From NCBI GenBank assembly GCA_951406725.2, contig OX597827.1, positions 42,966,001-43,030,000 on the forward strand: a stretch of 64,000 nt of DNA, given 5' to 3'. Origin of the DNA: Octopus vulgaris. Lineage: Eukaryota. The notes under the pieces are model-generated. The model was not told the DNA's origin. It ran no database searches and saw only the letters and a program-made list of their open reading frames with translations. Shown here piece by piece: positions 27,960 through 40,796 of the stretch. Within the stretch, counting starts at the first letter, position 1. Every line of letters starts with the position of its first letter. The position numbers and the translations under genes were made by a program.

Positions 27960-28192
27960 ATTTCTTTACTACCCACAAGGGGCTAAACACAGAGGAGACA
28001 AACAAGGAAAGACAAACGGATTAAATCGATTACATCGACCCCAGTGCGTAACTGGTACTTAATTTATCAACCCCGGAAGGATGAAAGGCAAAGTCGAACT
28101 CGGCGGATTTTTGAACTCGGAACGTAACGGCAGACGAAATACGGCAACGCATTTCGCCCGGCGTGCTAACGTTTCTGCCAGCTCACCGCCAA
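27960..28192 (-). mobile_element. SINE family B
   Basis: Homologous to 23823-24046. Confidence 0.9.
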
Positions 28193-28544
28193 GGTCCCAC
28201 ATAGTAGGACTAAACCGGGAGCTATACAAGTTCAATTTGCGGAATCTTGTCCTGGTAGTTCTCAGCACCAATGCCTTTGCTTTGGAGGATAAGTTGGCGA
28301 TGATCAAATGCAATGAAAACGGTAAAAAGGATAGAACCGATAGCACGTGCTTATGGCTTAAATCGGACGACGGTATTTCCGATTATTTGTGAAAAGAAGA
28401 GGATCGAACTCACTGTCCATATTAAACTGAGCTTTCGCGGCAATGTCCTGTTTCAGCGTTCGATCCCGAGGAGAGGTTGGCAAAAAAAAAAAAAAGCCAA
28501 ACACATTAGTTTCAATTCAGTTTTTATGTTTATCCTCTCCTATA

Positions 28545-28948
28545 CTCTTTTACTCTTTTACTTGTTTTAGTCATTTGACTGCGGCCATGCTGGAGCAACG
28601 CCTTTTAGTCGAGCATATCAACCCCAGGACTTATTCTGTGTAAACCTAGTACTTATTCTATCGGTCCCTTTTGCCGAACTGCTAAGTTACGGGGACGTAA
28701 ACACACCAGCATCGGTTGTAAAGCAATGTTGGGAGACAAACACAGACACACAAACATATACACACACACACACATATATATATACGATGGGCTTCTTTCA
28801 GTTTCCATCTACCAAATCCACTCACAAGGCTTTGGTCGGCCCGAGGCTATAGTAGAAGACACTTGCCCAAGGTGCCAGGCAGTGGGACTGAACCCGGAAC
28901 CATGTGGTTGGTAAGCAAGCTACTTACCACACAGCCACTCCTAAGCCT
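28545..28948 (-). mobile_element. SINE family A
   Basis: Full-length copy, reverse orientation. Confidence 0.9.
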
Positions 28949-29136
28949 ACGATCATGAATGTTGAATAATCTTTTCTACTCTAGGCACAAGGCTCGAAAT
29001 TTTTGTGGGAGGGGGGACCAGTCGAGTAGACCGACCCCAATACGCGACTGGTACTTAATTTATCGACCCCGAAAGGATGAAAGGCAAAGTCGACCTCGGC
29101 GGAATTTGAAATGAATGTTGGATAATCACCAAAACA

Positions 29137-29455
29137 ATGCGATCGCGTATACATGTTGCCGAAATGGGGTTTCTCCGAAGGATTTCTGAAGGAACTTACG
29201 ACAAGGTGCGTAACAAAGGAGATGAGGGAGTCTCTGGTGGTCGACTGCCGCATCTCCGTATTGAGAGGTACTATGGGCGCGTGGTTAGAATGTCGCAGGG
29301 AAGAATCGCAAGTCAGATTCTTCAAGCTGATCCAAACGCCAAGAAACCCAGGTGGGGTGGAGGGGGCAGACCAAGAACGAGAATAATGGATGATATCCCT
29401 CAGACTCAGTTGGTCACGCTTGGTAATTCAACCAGAAAGTGTAATAACAGTTGCT
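29137..29455 (+). mobile_element. RTE-type LINE ORF 3' remnant
   Basis: RIHVAEMGFLRRI...VRN...YYGRVVRMSQGRIASQIL...GRPRTR, typical of RTE post-RT region. Confidence 0.75.
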
Positions 29456-29532
29456 TTTGATAGGACCCTATGTAAGAGGTACCCGAGGACTTAACCCCCA
29501 GGACCCTCCCAGGAATAGCAGGCGGAGATGTT

Positions 29533-30014
29533 TGGATGGATGAGTGGATGGATGGGTAGATGGGTGGATGGGTGGATGGATGGATGGATGAGTGGATGGA
29601 TGGGTGGATGGATGGGTGGATGGATGGGTGGATGGATGGGTGGGTGGATGCTTGGATGGATGGGTGGATGGATGAATGGGTGGGTGGATGGATGGGTGGA
29701 AGGGTGAATGGGTGGGTGGATGGATGGGTGGATGGGTGGATGGATGGATGTGTGGATGGATGGGTGGATGGGTGAATGGATGGGTGAATGGATGAGTGGA
29801 TGGATGGATGGATGGATGGATGGATGGATGGATGGATGGATGGGTGGATGAGTGGCTGGGTGGATGGATGGATGAGTGGATGGATGGATGGGTGGGTGGA
29901 TGGATGGATGGGTGGGTGGGTGGGTGGATGGATGGATGGATGGATGGGTGGGTGGGTGGATGGTTGGATGGGTGGATGGATGGATGGGTGGATGCGTGGA
30001 TGGATGGATGGATG
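29533..30014. repeat. (GGAT/GGGT)n microsatellite field
   Basis: Direct inspection. Confidence 0.95.
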
Positions 30015-30365
30015 AAAATTATGGGATTGTCTCAACACCCCCGCTGCCTTTCTTGACCTCAATGAATCAGTAAACTAATCGTTCTTTCTCCTCATCACAG
30101 GTGTAATTTTAATCAATTAGTATTTCTAAGCCCACTTCATTAAGTAGATTAGCGCTGATGTTGATATTTGATTCCCCGCTCACATCGAGTCCCAAGGGAG
30201 TATTTTCTCATAATCTCTTTTATCTTCAGATAGAAAACACAAACAAACCCAGTCTTGTGATCCGAACCGTCTACCTATCGCATGCCAGCTGACCTTGCTA
30301 CCGGTTAGACTAAGTGTGCCTGCGCAACCTGCTATCTCAGATAAGATACCCGAATCAACTTTTAC

Positions 30366-30488
<123 letters not shown>

Positions 30489-30799
30489 GTCGTCGTCGTC
30501 GTCGTCGTCATCATCATCGTTGTTGTTGTACTGTGCTATTTTTATCTCTTCTAGATAAATAAAATCGCTAACTCGGTATAACAGAACTGATTAAACTCTA
30601 TTAATTAATATCACCTATACGGCATGCAGTAGTGACTAATGCAAGCAAGGTACCTCACCTAGATTTGATGCTTAACACCGGGAAATAACCCCCCGAAATA
30701 TAATTATAACTGCATTAATAGCTAAGATTCTTCGAATTGGATTAAATATCTAATATTATTTCAGGTGTTATATACACATGCATACATATATTTATGCAT

Positions 30800-30847
<48 letters not shown>

Positions 30848-30848
<1 letters not shown>

Positions 30849-31244
30849 TTTACTCTTTTACTCTTTTACTTGTTTCAGTCATTTGACTGCGGCCATGCTG
30901 GAGCACCGCCTTTAATCGAGCAACTCGACCCCGGGACTTATTCTTTTGTAAGCCCAGTACTTATTCTATCGGTCTCTTTTGCCGAACCGCTAAGTAACGG
31001 GGACATGAACACACCAGCATCGGTTGTCAAGCAATGCTAGGGGGACAAACACAGACACACAAACACACACACGCACATATATACGACGGGCTTCTTTCAG
31101 TTTCCATCTACCAAATCCACTCACAAGGCTTTGGTCGACCCGAGGCTATAGTAGAAGACACTTGCCCAAGGTGCCACGCAGTGGGACTGAACCCGGAACC
31201 ATGTGGTTGGTAAGCAAGCTACTTACCACACAGCCACTCCTGCG

Positions 31245-31248
<4 letters not shown>
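30848..31248 (-). mobile_element. SINE family A
   Basis: Full-length copy. Confidence 0.9.
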
Positions 31249-31280
<32 letters not shown>

Positions 31281-31481
31281 TTAAAATTCAAGATTTAAAC
31301 GCTAAAATTTACGTGTCGGGTATGTCCCTAGAAGTAGTATGCCGATAAAGCACGTTCACTGCTTATGGCTACCTGGTGTCAGCCACGGTAATTGCACAAT
31401 CGTCACTGGATCTACATATATATATATGTGTATATATACAGAGAGAGAGAGAGAGAGAGAGAACAAAGTGTACGTACGCCG

Positions 31482-31519
<38 letters not shown>

Positions 31520-31522
<3 letters not shown>

Positions 31523-31640
31523 GAATTTAAAGGACTGACGACTAAAAGTGGACGGTCAATATGCTAGATATAGATGTCAAAATCGCTATATCTAACATAT
31601 TGACCGTCCACTTTTAGTGGTCAATCCTTTAAATTTTGTA
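31520..31640. repeat. inverted repeat with ~50-bp arms beside (TA)n
   Basis: AATTTAAAGGACTGACGACTAAAAGTGGACGGTCAATATGCTAGATATAG pairs with CTATATCTAACATATTGACCGTCCACTTTTAGTGGTCAATCCTTTAAATT (3 mismatches). Confidence 0.9.
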
Positions 31641-31727
31641 TGTAAAAATATTTTAATCTTCGGGTTTCTTTAATATGCTAGGCCACTGGTTTTAATTGAT
31701 TAATATCAATTTCTACCCTTATTCAAT

Positions 31728-31785
<58 letters not shown>

Positions 31786-31789
<4 letters not shown>

Positions 31790-32100
31790 AAATACAAAAA
31801 GGGACAAGAACATAAAACATCCGGACAACTAGGTGATACAAAAAGGGACAACAAAACATCCAGATCGACGATACCAAAAAAACTAGGACGGGTCATTCGA
31901 AGCTTCCTATCCGCAGTCAAGAACCGGATCATCCTCGCAATTTCGGCTGATTAATCTTGAGATTGCTCCAATCTTGCCAGCCCCAAGGAAAAACTAAGCT
32001 AAGAGCATTATATTCCTTGGAAGAAAGCATCGAATGTATACGAAAACAAGGACAGAAAAACAAACGATGTTACACGAATATAATTACAAAATACAATGAA
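31786..32100 (-). mobile_element. copy of structured repeat family 1 (motif 31894-32036)
   Basis: GGAGCAATCTCAAGATTAATCAGCCGAAATTGC shared with the 41.8-kb unit; core strand decayed to CTGCGGA. Confidence 0.8.
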
Positions 32101-32114
32101 AAAAAAAAAAAATA

Positions 32115-32154
<40 letters not shown>

Positions 32155-32215
32155 GGACATCTCTCTCTCTCTCTTTCTCTCTCAGTATATCTATCTATCT
32201 ATCTATCTATCTATA

Positions 32216-32291
<76 letters not shown>

Positions 32292-32311
32292 AATACATGC
32301 ACACACAAATG

Positions 32312-32348
<37 letters not shown>

Positions 32349-33052
32349 GCACACACGGATGGATGGATGGATGGATGGATGGATGGATGGATGGATGGAT
32401 GGATGGATAGTCCATCGCTCTTTTACTGATTTTAGTTATTGGAATGTCGCTAAGCTGGAGGGCCATTTTGAAGCATGCAGTCAATTATATTGACTCGCCA
32501 TTTCACACGTAATTATCGATATTGGAAATGTACGAATTCTCATCGTAATTAATCTTATAATCAAGTATTCTGTGAGATAAGTACAATGGGAATGTAATGC
32601 AACCGTCGTGAAGTTAGTCAGCAATAGTGAAAATAAGCTAATCAACAGATTCACACATTTCGACATAATCAACATCTATCCCGCAATCTTGAACTTCTTT
32701 CTTCTCTTAAAAGGCTTGGAATACGGAAGACGATGATATAGAAAGCTAGAAATTTACTATTACACCACGTTGATTTTTAATGGATCAAAAAAAGAAAAAA
32801 AAAAAGAAAAAGAGAAAGAAAACGAGATGGCCTTTCTATTCGAAGTTTGTGTAGCTACTGCCTGCTTAAGATTTTTGATATCATGAGACTCTCATGAGAC
32901 TGAAATACACACCCTCAGAAAATGCGTTCGTCTAACGGTGGATTGTATAGAGACGATGGATTTAAAAACCCATAAAACCTGAACGTCCATACCATTGACA
33001 GATTCAGGAAGAAAGATCCTTGATTGAAATATTCAAAGAATCTGATTGAAGC

Positions 33053-33254
33053 CAGTGGTTCTCAACTTTTTTAATATCCGGGCCAATCCAAAACCTGGAT
33101 TTTTTAAAGGGGAGGAGGGGGGGCGCACCCAAAAAAGTAAAATGCAAGTCAATTAAAGAAAAATATATATGTATCGAGGGAAAACCGTCGGGGGACACTG
33201 GAAGGATGCTTGAGGGCCGCATGTGGCCCTGGAAGCTGCGGTTGAGAACTGCTG
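33053..33254. mobile_element. hAT (Charlie-like) MITE
   Basis: TIRs CAGTGGTTCTCAAC / GTTGAGAACTGCTG; 8-bp TSD ATTGAAGC / ATTTAAGC. Confidence 0.85.
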
Positions 33255-33299
33255 ATTTAAGCACTACCATTAGCACTAAACTAACTACAACCAAATTTT

Positions 33300-34035
33300 A
33301 GACAAACGAGAAACCATATAAATTCACTAAAATTTAATAAGCCAACATCCATATTCAAGTATCTTGCGGCGATCATTAATAGAAGAGTTATCATCCTATC
33401 ATTCATGCAACGGCATTTTCAACAAGACCACAACAAGGTGTGGATTTGGAGAGAAGCACACTTCATATACACAATAGTACGTAGAGAAAAATGCAGTCTG
33501 GTTTAATGCTTCCTTTAACGTGAATGTAAGCAGAAACACAGCTGGGAGCATTTTATTCATAGTAAGACACATTTTCCAGAAATACGTCAATCAAATTCTT
33601 TAGTATTATTTATAATAAGGTTAGCTAGTCATGTATGGATGACACTGCCTTCTAGATCTCTCATTACAACCAAAGATATACATGCAGTCAGCGCCCACTC
33701 ACCTACTGTCATGTAAATGTAAAAACCCCTGATGATACTTACAGAAATTACATGATGTTTGCCGCAAACAACTTCAAAAACTGATACAACCAGCATTTAT
33801 ATTCTAATAGGTTGAAAGTCAATGGAAACTCCACCTCATTACCTCAATTTATTTGAAAACTCATGAAGAACAATTTTCAATATGCTCCATTAATCTGAAA
33901 CATTTGGAAAGAGTGATCTAATAATACGACGGAGCACGAATGTGTAGACTATGCTTGACTGAGACATACCACATCTTTACACAGGCATTGACGTCGCTGA
34001 ACAGACTAGAAGTGCTGTCCGTTTGTCGTAACCGA
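33300..34035 (+). pseudogene. heavily decayed Penelope-like element ORF C-terminus
   Basis: Pieces WFNASFNVNVSRNTAG..KTHFPE, SCM, CRLCLTE, LNRLEVLSVCR resemble PLE motifs (WFNPP, KHFP, CNLCLTE, LNKRSE..S.CRH). Confidence 0.65.
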
Positions 34036-34618
34036 GAATCATAGAACCATTCCTTCTGGGCATTTTCCGCCTATCCTAAGTAACTGTAGGACGCCATAAT
34101 CCTCAGTGCTAACACGCTATAAGCGTCACAAAGTAGTTACCCTTGACACTTTCACATTACATTGCCTCTTCATCGTAGAAGCTTAAGCCAATAAAACCAA
34201 CGCTTTCTTACGGTTTTGTAAATCAGACGACCACACAACTGGCCTCGATCAATGAAGATAGCCTTCATCGAGGTCACTCTAATATGTCTCTTGCTTCGAC
34301 TATATTCCATTATACGGAATTCGAAAATAATGGGAGCAACGGAAATATATCAACATTTCTCTCTGACACGCACACGCGCGTGCGCGCAAATCTTTTATCT
34401 TTTACTTGTTTCAGTCATTTGACTGCGGCCATGATGGAGGACCTCCTTGAGGGATTTTAGTCGAACAAATCGAGCCGGGGACTCATCTTCTTTTTAGCCT
34501 AGTACTTATTCTATTGGTCTCGTTTGCCGAACCGCTAAGTTACTCACCAGCACTGGTCATCAAGAGATGATGGTGGTGGGAGCGGACAAACACAGACGCA
34601 AAGACACACACATATACG

Positions 34619-34650
<32 letters not shown>

Positions 34651-34854
34651 CGGGCTTCTTTCAGTTTCCTTCTACCAAATCTACTCACAAGGCTTTGGTG
34701 AGGCAGGGGACAAACACAGACACAGAAATATATAATACATACATACATACATACATATATACATAATACATACATAATACATACATAATACATACATACA
34801 TACATACATACATACATACATACATACATAATACATACATACAAAGATACATAC

Positions 34855-34894
<40 letters not shown>

Positions 34895-34895
<1 letters not shown>

Positions 34896-35450
34896 TATTA
34901 AAAAGGATGAACTTTTTTTCTCTACAGAAAAAAATTCCATCAGGAAGTGTGGCAGTATATTAAAAGAACCTTTACGGTTAAAAATTATAAATATCTTATA
35001 AGCAAGGGCCAAAGAAGGTTATTCTAAAGCCAATATACTGAAATTTCCACATTTAATCTACTTGCTACAGAAAGTTGAACTGAAATTCGGGGAAATAAAC
35101 CTTTGGAACATTTAAATTTCGTTATCTCAATAATGAATCAATTTCGGAATTAACCACATAAGGGTTCGTTCTTCTTCAATTAAGCTTACGAGAGAATATA
35201 AGTAAGATACTCACAGACGCATGTGAGTATCTTACTAATATTTCCTCGCTGTGGTCACCATGTAGGCAATCATCGAAGTTTTTGGTCGTCTTTTGGTTGA
35301 GAGAGGCTCCTTATCTTTTCTGATGAGAAGATTGCATAATGCACCCTATATTCCTTCAGAATAGGAATGTGCTGTCTTCGAAACATGTGTCGAGAGTAAA
35401 GGAATTTTGTTAACATCTTCGTTCGACTCCATTCTTTCATTTATTCATAT
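34895..35450 (+). mobile_element. Penelope-like 3' end and pLTR, next to (TA)n
   Basis: Remnant LLATES*TEIRGNKP resembles the PLE GIY-YIG terminus; 15-bp hairpin at 35201-35236; hammerhead downstream. Confidence 0.6.
35309..35402 (+). ncRNA. type I hammerhead ribozyme with canonical core and long stem II
   Basis: CUUUU-CUGAUGA-GAAGA...UCUUC-GAAA-CAUGUG-UC-GAGAG; predicted cleavage after 35391. Confidence 0.8.
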
Positions 35451-35889
35451 ACAACACACAAATTTCTACACAAGAACCCGGAGTTTCTACCCTTAACAGG
35501 TCGCTTCAACCGTGTTTTCGGACGTGAATTTGCTACCCAGGTTTCGGTTAAACAAATTTTCCATGCTGACGATAAACATAGGATAATTCATTCACCTACT
35601 TACGACAGCCTTCTTTCAAATATCCACTCACAAGGGTCTGGTCGGCCCGAGGCTATAGTAGAAGACACCCAAGATGTCACGTAGTGGGACTGAACCCGGA
35701 ACCGTGTGGTTGGGAAGCAAGCTTCTTACCACTCAGCCACTTCTTTTAGTTCCCACCTACCAGATCCACTCACAAGGCTTTAGCCGACCTTGAGCTATTG
35801 TAAAAGACACTTGGTGAAGGTGCCGCTCAGCGGACCGAACCCATGGCTACGTTAACCACACAGCCATATCTGCGCCTAATTGTGAGTAT

Positions 35890-36258
35890 GAATGTGTGCG
35901 TACAGACGTGTGTGTGTGTGTGTGCGTATGTGTGTGTGTGTGTACAGATGTGTGAGTTTGTGTTCAGATGTGTGTGTGTGCGTGCAGATGTGTGCGTGTA
36001 CAGACGTGTGTGTGTACAGATGTGTGCGTATGTGTACCGATGTGTGTGTGTACAGATGTGTATGTTTGTGTGCATTGTATGTGTGTGTTTACAGATGTAT
36101 GTGTGTGCGTAGAAATATTTGTGCATGTGTACAGATGTTTGTGTGTGTACAGATGTGTGTATGTACAGATGTGTGAGTTTGTGTTCAGATGTGTGTGTGT
36201 ACAGATGTGTGAGTTTGTGTTCAGATGTGTGTGTGTATGGATGTGTGGGTGCGTGCAG

Positions 36259-36294
<36 letters not shown>

Positions 36295-37143
36295 AGATGT
36301 GTGTATGTGTACAGATGTGTATGTTTGTGTGCACAGACGTATGTGCGTTTGCACAGATGCTTGTGTACGAGTACAGATCTTTGTGTGTGTACAGATGTTT
36401 GTGTGTGGGTGTGGGGCGGGGGCGTGGGGGTGGTGGGGCTGCGCACGGATAAATAGTTTAGTGTTTATAAGAATACATATACACAGGTATGCTGCCATGC
36501 ATGTTAATCAGAGCGGAGCTATCGTTTCTCTGGAATACATTTGCGACTTGTTCATTTCTAAACACACACACACACACGCACAACTTTCGAAAGGAACACA
36601 TAAAAAACATACATAGAGACATGCTCGAATTTGTGCGTGTGTGTGTGTTTTTGTGCGTGTGTGCGTATGTGTGTGTCTACTTGTGCTTGTGTTTGTGTTT
36701 GTGTGTGTGTGAGTATGTGCGTATGTGTGTATATACATGTGCTTGGGCTTGTGTGTGTGTGTGCGTGTGTGCGTATGTGTGTATATACATGTGCTTGTGT
36801 GTATGTGTGTGTGTGCGTATGTGCGTATCTACATGTGCTTGTGTTTGTGTGTGTGTGTGTGAGTGTGTGCGTATGTGTGTATATACATGTGCTTGTGTGT
36901 ATGTGTGTGTGCGTATGTGCGTATCTACATGTGCTTGGGCTTGTGTGTGTGTGTGTGTGTATGTGTGCGTATGTGTGTATATACATGTGCTTGTGTGTAT
37001 GTGTATGTGTGTGCGTATGTGCGTATCTACATGTGCTTGTGTTTGTGTGTGTGTTTGTGTGTGAGTGTGTGCGTATGTGTGTATATACATGTGCTTGTGT
37101 GTATGTGTGTGTGTGTGTGCGTATGTGCGTATCTACATGTGCT

Positions 37144-37182
<39 letters not shown>

Positions 37183-37215
37183 ATGTGTGTATATACATGT
37201 GTTTGTGTGTGTGTG
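35890..37215. repeat. two GT-derived minisatellite arrays (GTACAGATGTGT-type; ~60-bp ACATGTGCTTG-type)
   Basis: Direct inspection. Confidence 0.85.
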
Positions 37216-37447
37216 CGTTGGGTGGGGTTAGAAGGAAAGTAATGAACATTTGTACTTTATGGATGATTTTCATCTCGTGTATTTTTGTGCGTATGTGTGA
37301 GTGTGTGTTTATGTGTGTGTGTGTGTGTGTCTGTGTATGCTTGCGTGTGTGCGTGTGAGTGTATTTGGTTTCTCTCTAAACATATATATCTATATATATA
37401 TTTGCATATGTATGTATCAGTGTGCGTGTGTATGAGTACACCTGTGC

Positions 37448-37486
<39 letters not shown>

Positions 37487-37508
37487 AGGTTTCTCTTCAA
37501 GTGTGTAG

Positions 37509-37542
<34 letters not shown>

Positions 37543-37708
37543 ATGAATGTGATTGTATGAGTACTTCTGTTTCTCTGTGTATGTGTGTGTATGAGTATGT
37601 CTCTGTTTCTCTGTGTGTGTGTGAGAGAGAGAGTGAGAGAGAGTGAGAGAGAGAGAGAGAGAAAGAGCGTGAGTATGTCACTGTTCCTCTGTGTGTGTGT
37701 GTGTGTGT

Positions 37709-37792
<84 letters not shown>

Positions 37793-38330
37793 AACTACGT
37801 GTGTATATCTATCTATTCGTCAGCAGTATTTATAAAGTTGGACTTTAAATGTTATACGGAGCTGAAAGTGACGGGGATGGCGTAGGATGTGTTTTTGTTG
37901 TTGATTATGCGATGAGGGGTGGGAATAGGGATGGTGGTGATGGTGGTGGTGGTGATGGTAGTGGTAGTACCGGTGGTAGTGTCGGCCGTGGCAGTGATTG
38001 TGGTTGTGATTGTTGTTGTGGTGGTGCTGGTTACGCAGGGTGTGTTACTGGGTGGTGGTGATGGTGGTGGTGGTGGTGGTGGTAGTGGTGGCGGTAATTG
38101 TGAGTGGATGGGGGGAACGATGACGAGGGTAAAGTGTCGTTGGAGATGTTGATACGGTTGTGGTAGTGATGATGATGATGATGATGATGACGGTGCAAAT
38201 AACATCATTACGATGCAGAAGTTTCGACTAAATGTGTGTGTGTGTGTGTTTGTGAGAGAGAGAGCATGTGTCTATGTATGTTTATGAGTTTCTTTCGAAA
38301 GGGTGTATGCATGACTGCATGCATGTATAT

Positions 38331-38493
38331 GAGTGGCTGTGTGGTAAGTAGCTTGCTTACCAACCACATGGTTCCGGGTTCAGTCCCACTGCGTGGCATC
38401 TTGGGCAAGTGTTTTCTGCTATAGCCCCGGGCCGACCAATGCCTTGTGAGTGGATTTGGTAGACGGAAACTGAAAGAAGCCTGTCAATAATAT

Positions 38494-38531
<38 letters not shown>

Positions 38532-38727
38532 TTGTCCCCTTAGCATTGCTTGACAACCGATGCTGGTGTGTTTACGTCCCCGTCACTTAGCGGTTCGGCA
38601 AAAGAAAACCGATAGAATAAGTACTGGGCTTACAAAGAATAAGTCCCGGGGTCGATTTGCTCGACTAAAGGCGGTGCTCCAGCATGGCCGCAGTCAAATG
38701 ACTGAAACAAGTAAAAGAGTAAAAGAG
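38331..38727 (+). mobile_element. SINE family A
   Basis: Near full-length copy. Confidence 0.9.
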
Positions 38728-38810
38728 TATTATTATTATTATTATTATGATTATTATTATTATTATTATTAATTCGGTGAGCTAGCAGAGTCGTTAGCAC
38801 GCTGGACAAA

Positions 38811-38888
<78 letters not shown>

Positions 38889-39089
38889 AAAATCGAGAAA
38901 ACTTATTTCAAATTTGCTTTTTTCAAATTTGATTCCTGATAAACTCTTGTTTAATGTGTTATTACCTGTATCCTATGAGCATAGTGTGCTTGCATATCCA
39001 TGTCCAGGGTTAACAGTTAATTTATATCGGTGGTAATATATATACATATATATATTTATATATATATATATTTATATATATGCATTAAT

Positions 39090-39722
39090 ACATACATATA
39101 TGTACATACCTACATATTATAAATGTATATATACATGCATATATGGGTACAGGACAATAACAAAACGTTGAACACAATGAGAAATGAAAACAAAACAAAA
39201 CCATAGAAACGAACTCTTTTTTGGAACAACGAAAAGTACAAACAGAGAAACGAGACATGCAACATAAAGAATATTCCTCTTCATCAGTTGTCCCAGTTTC
39301 ATCTTCTCCGCTTTTCGAAGGTAAGGACAATACGCGACTTCATTGAAACGTTCCTTCCCGCAAAGCAAATTATATGAAATTCGGGATTTTTTGCGGAGAG
39401 TGAAAGTGGTAACAAGAACAGGACAGTGAGAACAAGACAGTAAAAACAAACGGTGAAGAACAAGAGAGAGAGAGATAGATAGACAGAGAAGAGATAGTAG
39501 AGATAGAAGAGTGCGCATCGTAATTATTAAAATAAAACTTACTTGGAAAAAGATGCGTGGCGTTCGATGATATAATAATATAAACAATATATAAATATAT
39601 ACATATATACATACATATATGTACATACCTACATCTATGTGTATATATACATGCATATATGGGTACAGGACATCAAAAAAACGTTGAACACAATGAGAAA
39701 CGAAAACATAAAAACAAAAACA
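39090..39722 (-). mobile_element. structured repeat family 2, one long unit plus partial tandem copy, in (TA)n
   Basis: CATACCTAC...GGGTACAGGACA...CGTTGAACACAATGAGAAA repeated at about 39100 and 39620. Confidence 0.75.
39274..39404 (-). ncRNA. candidate permuted/pseudoknotted hammerhead-like RNA (family 2)
   Basis: GAAGG...CGCG-UA-UUGUCC-UUA-CCUUC-GAAA-AGCG...GGGACAA-CUGAUGA-AGAGGAA, preceded by hairpin CCGCAAA/UUUGCGG. Confidence 0.6.
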
Positions 39723-39823
39723 TATTTATATATGTTTTTGTTTGTCTCCGAAAAGTTGCAATCTATGAAGCGCTGTTGACAATTTCTCCTCATTGCAATG
39801 GATATTAAGAGCCAAAACGACAA

Positions 39824-39880
<57 letters not shown>

Positions 39881-39881
<1 letters not shown>

Positions 39882-39966
39882 GGCAAGTGTCTTGTTCTAT
39901 ATCCTCGGGCCGACCAAAGCCTTGTGAGTGGATTTGGTAGACGGAAACTGAAAGAAGCCTGTCGTA

Positions 39967-40062
<96 letters not shown>

Positions 40063-40265
40063 TGTGTCTGTGTTTGTTCCCCCTAGCATTGCTTGACAAC
40101 CGATGCTGGTGTGTTTACGTTCCTGTAACTTAGCGGTTCGGCAAAAGAGACCGATAGAATAAGTACTGGGCTTACAAAAGAATAAGTCCCGGGGTCGAGT
40201 TGCTCGACTAAAGGCGGTGCCCCAGCATGGCCGCAGTCAAATGACTAGAAACAAGTAAAAGAGTA
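39881..40265 (+). mobile_element. 5'-truncated SINE family A
   Basis: Body and tail present. Confidence 0.85.
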
Positions 40266-40299
40266 ATGAGTAAAAGAATAATAATAATAATAATAATAA

Positions 40300-40330
<31 letters not shown>

Positions 40331-40433
40331 AAGAAGAAGAAGAAGAAGAAGAAGAACAACAACAACAACAACAACAACAACAATAATGATAATAATAATG
40401 TGTAAATAAAATAAAGTTATTTTAAGAAATCTA

Positions 40434-40509
<76 letters not shown>

Positions 40510-40514
40510 CATAT

Positions 40515-40796
40515 GTGGAGGTGCAATGGCCCTGTGGTTAGGGCAGCGGACTCGCGGTCGTAGGATCCCAGGCCGGGCGTTGTGAGTGTTTATTGAGCGA
40601 AAACACCTAAAAGCTCCACGAGGCTCCGGCAGAGGGGGGGAGCCCTGCTGTACTCTTTCTCCCACTCTTTCTTCTGTTGGCCTGCTCGCTTAGCCAGCGG
40701 GGTGGCGTCATTCAAAGGCTAAAACAATGCGAACGCATTGTGACCAGCGATGTGTAACAACATCTGATGGTCTGGTCGGTCACGTGATCACGTGAT
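40515..40796 (+). mobile_element. SINE family C
   Basis: Homologous to 26402-26685. Confidence 0.9.
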
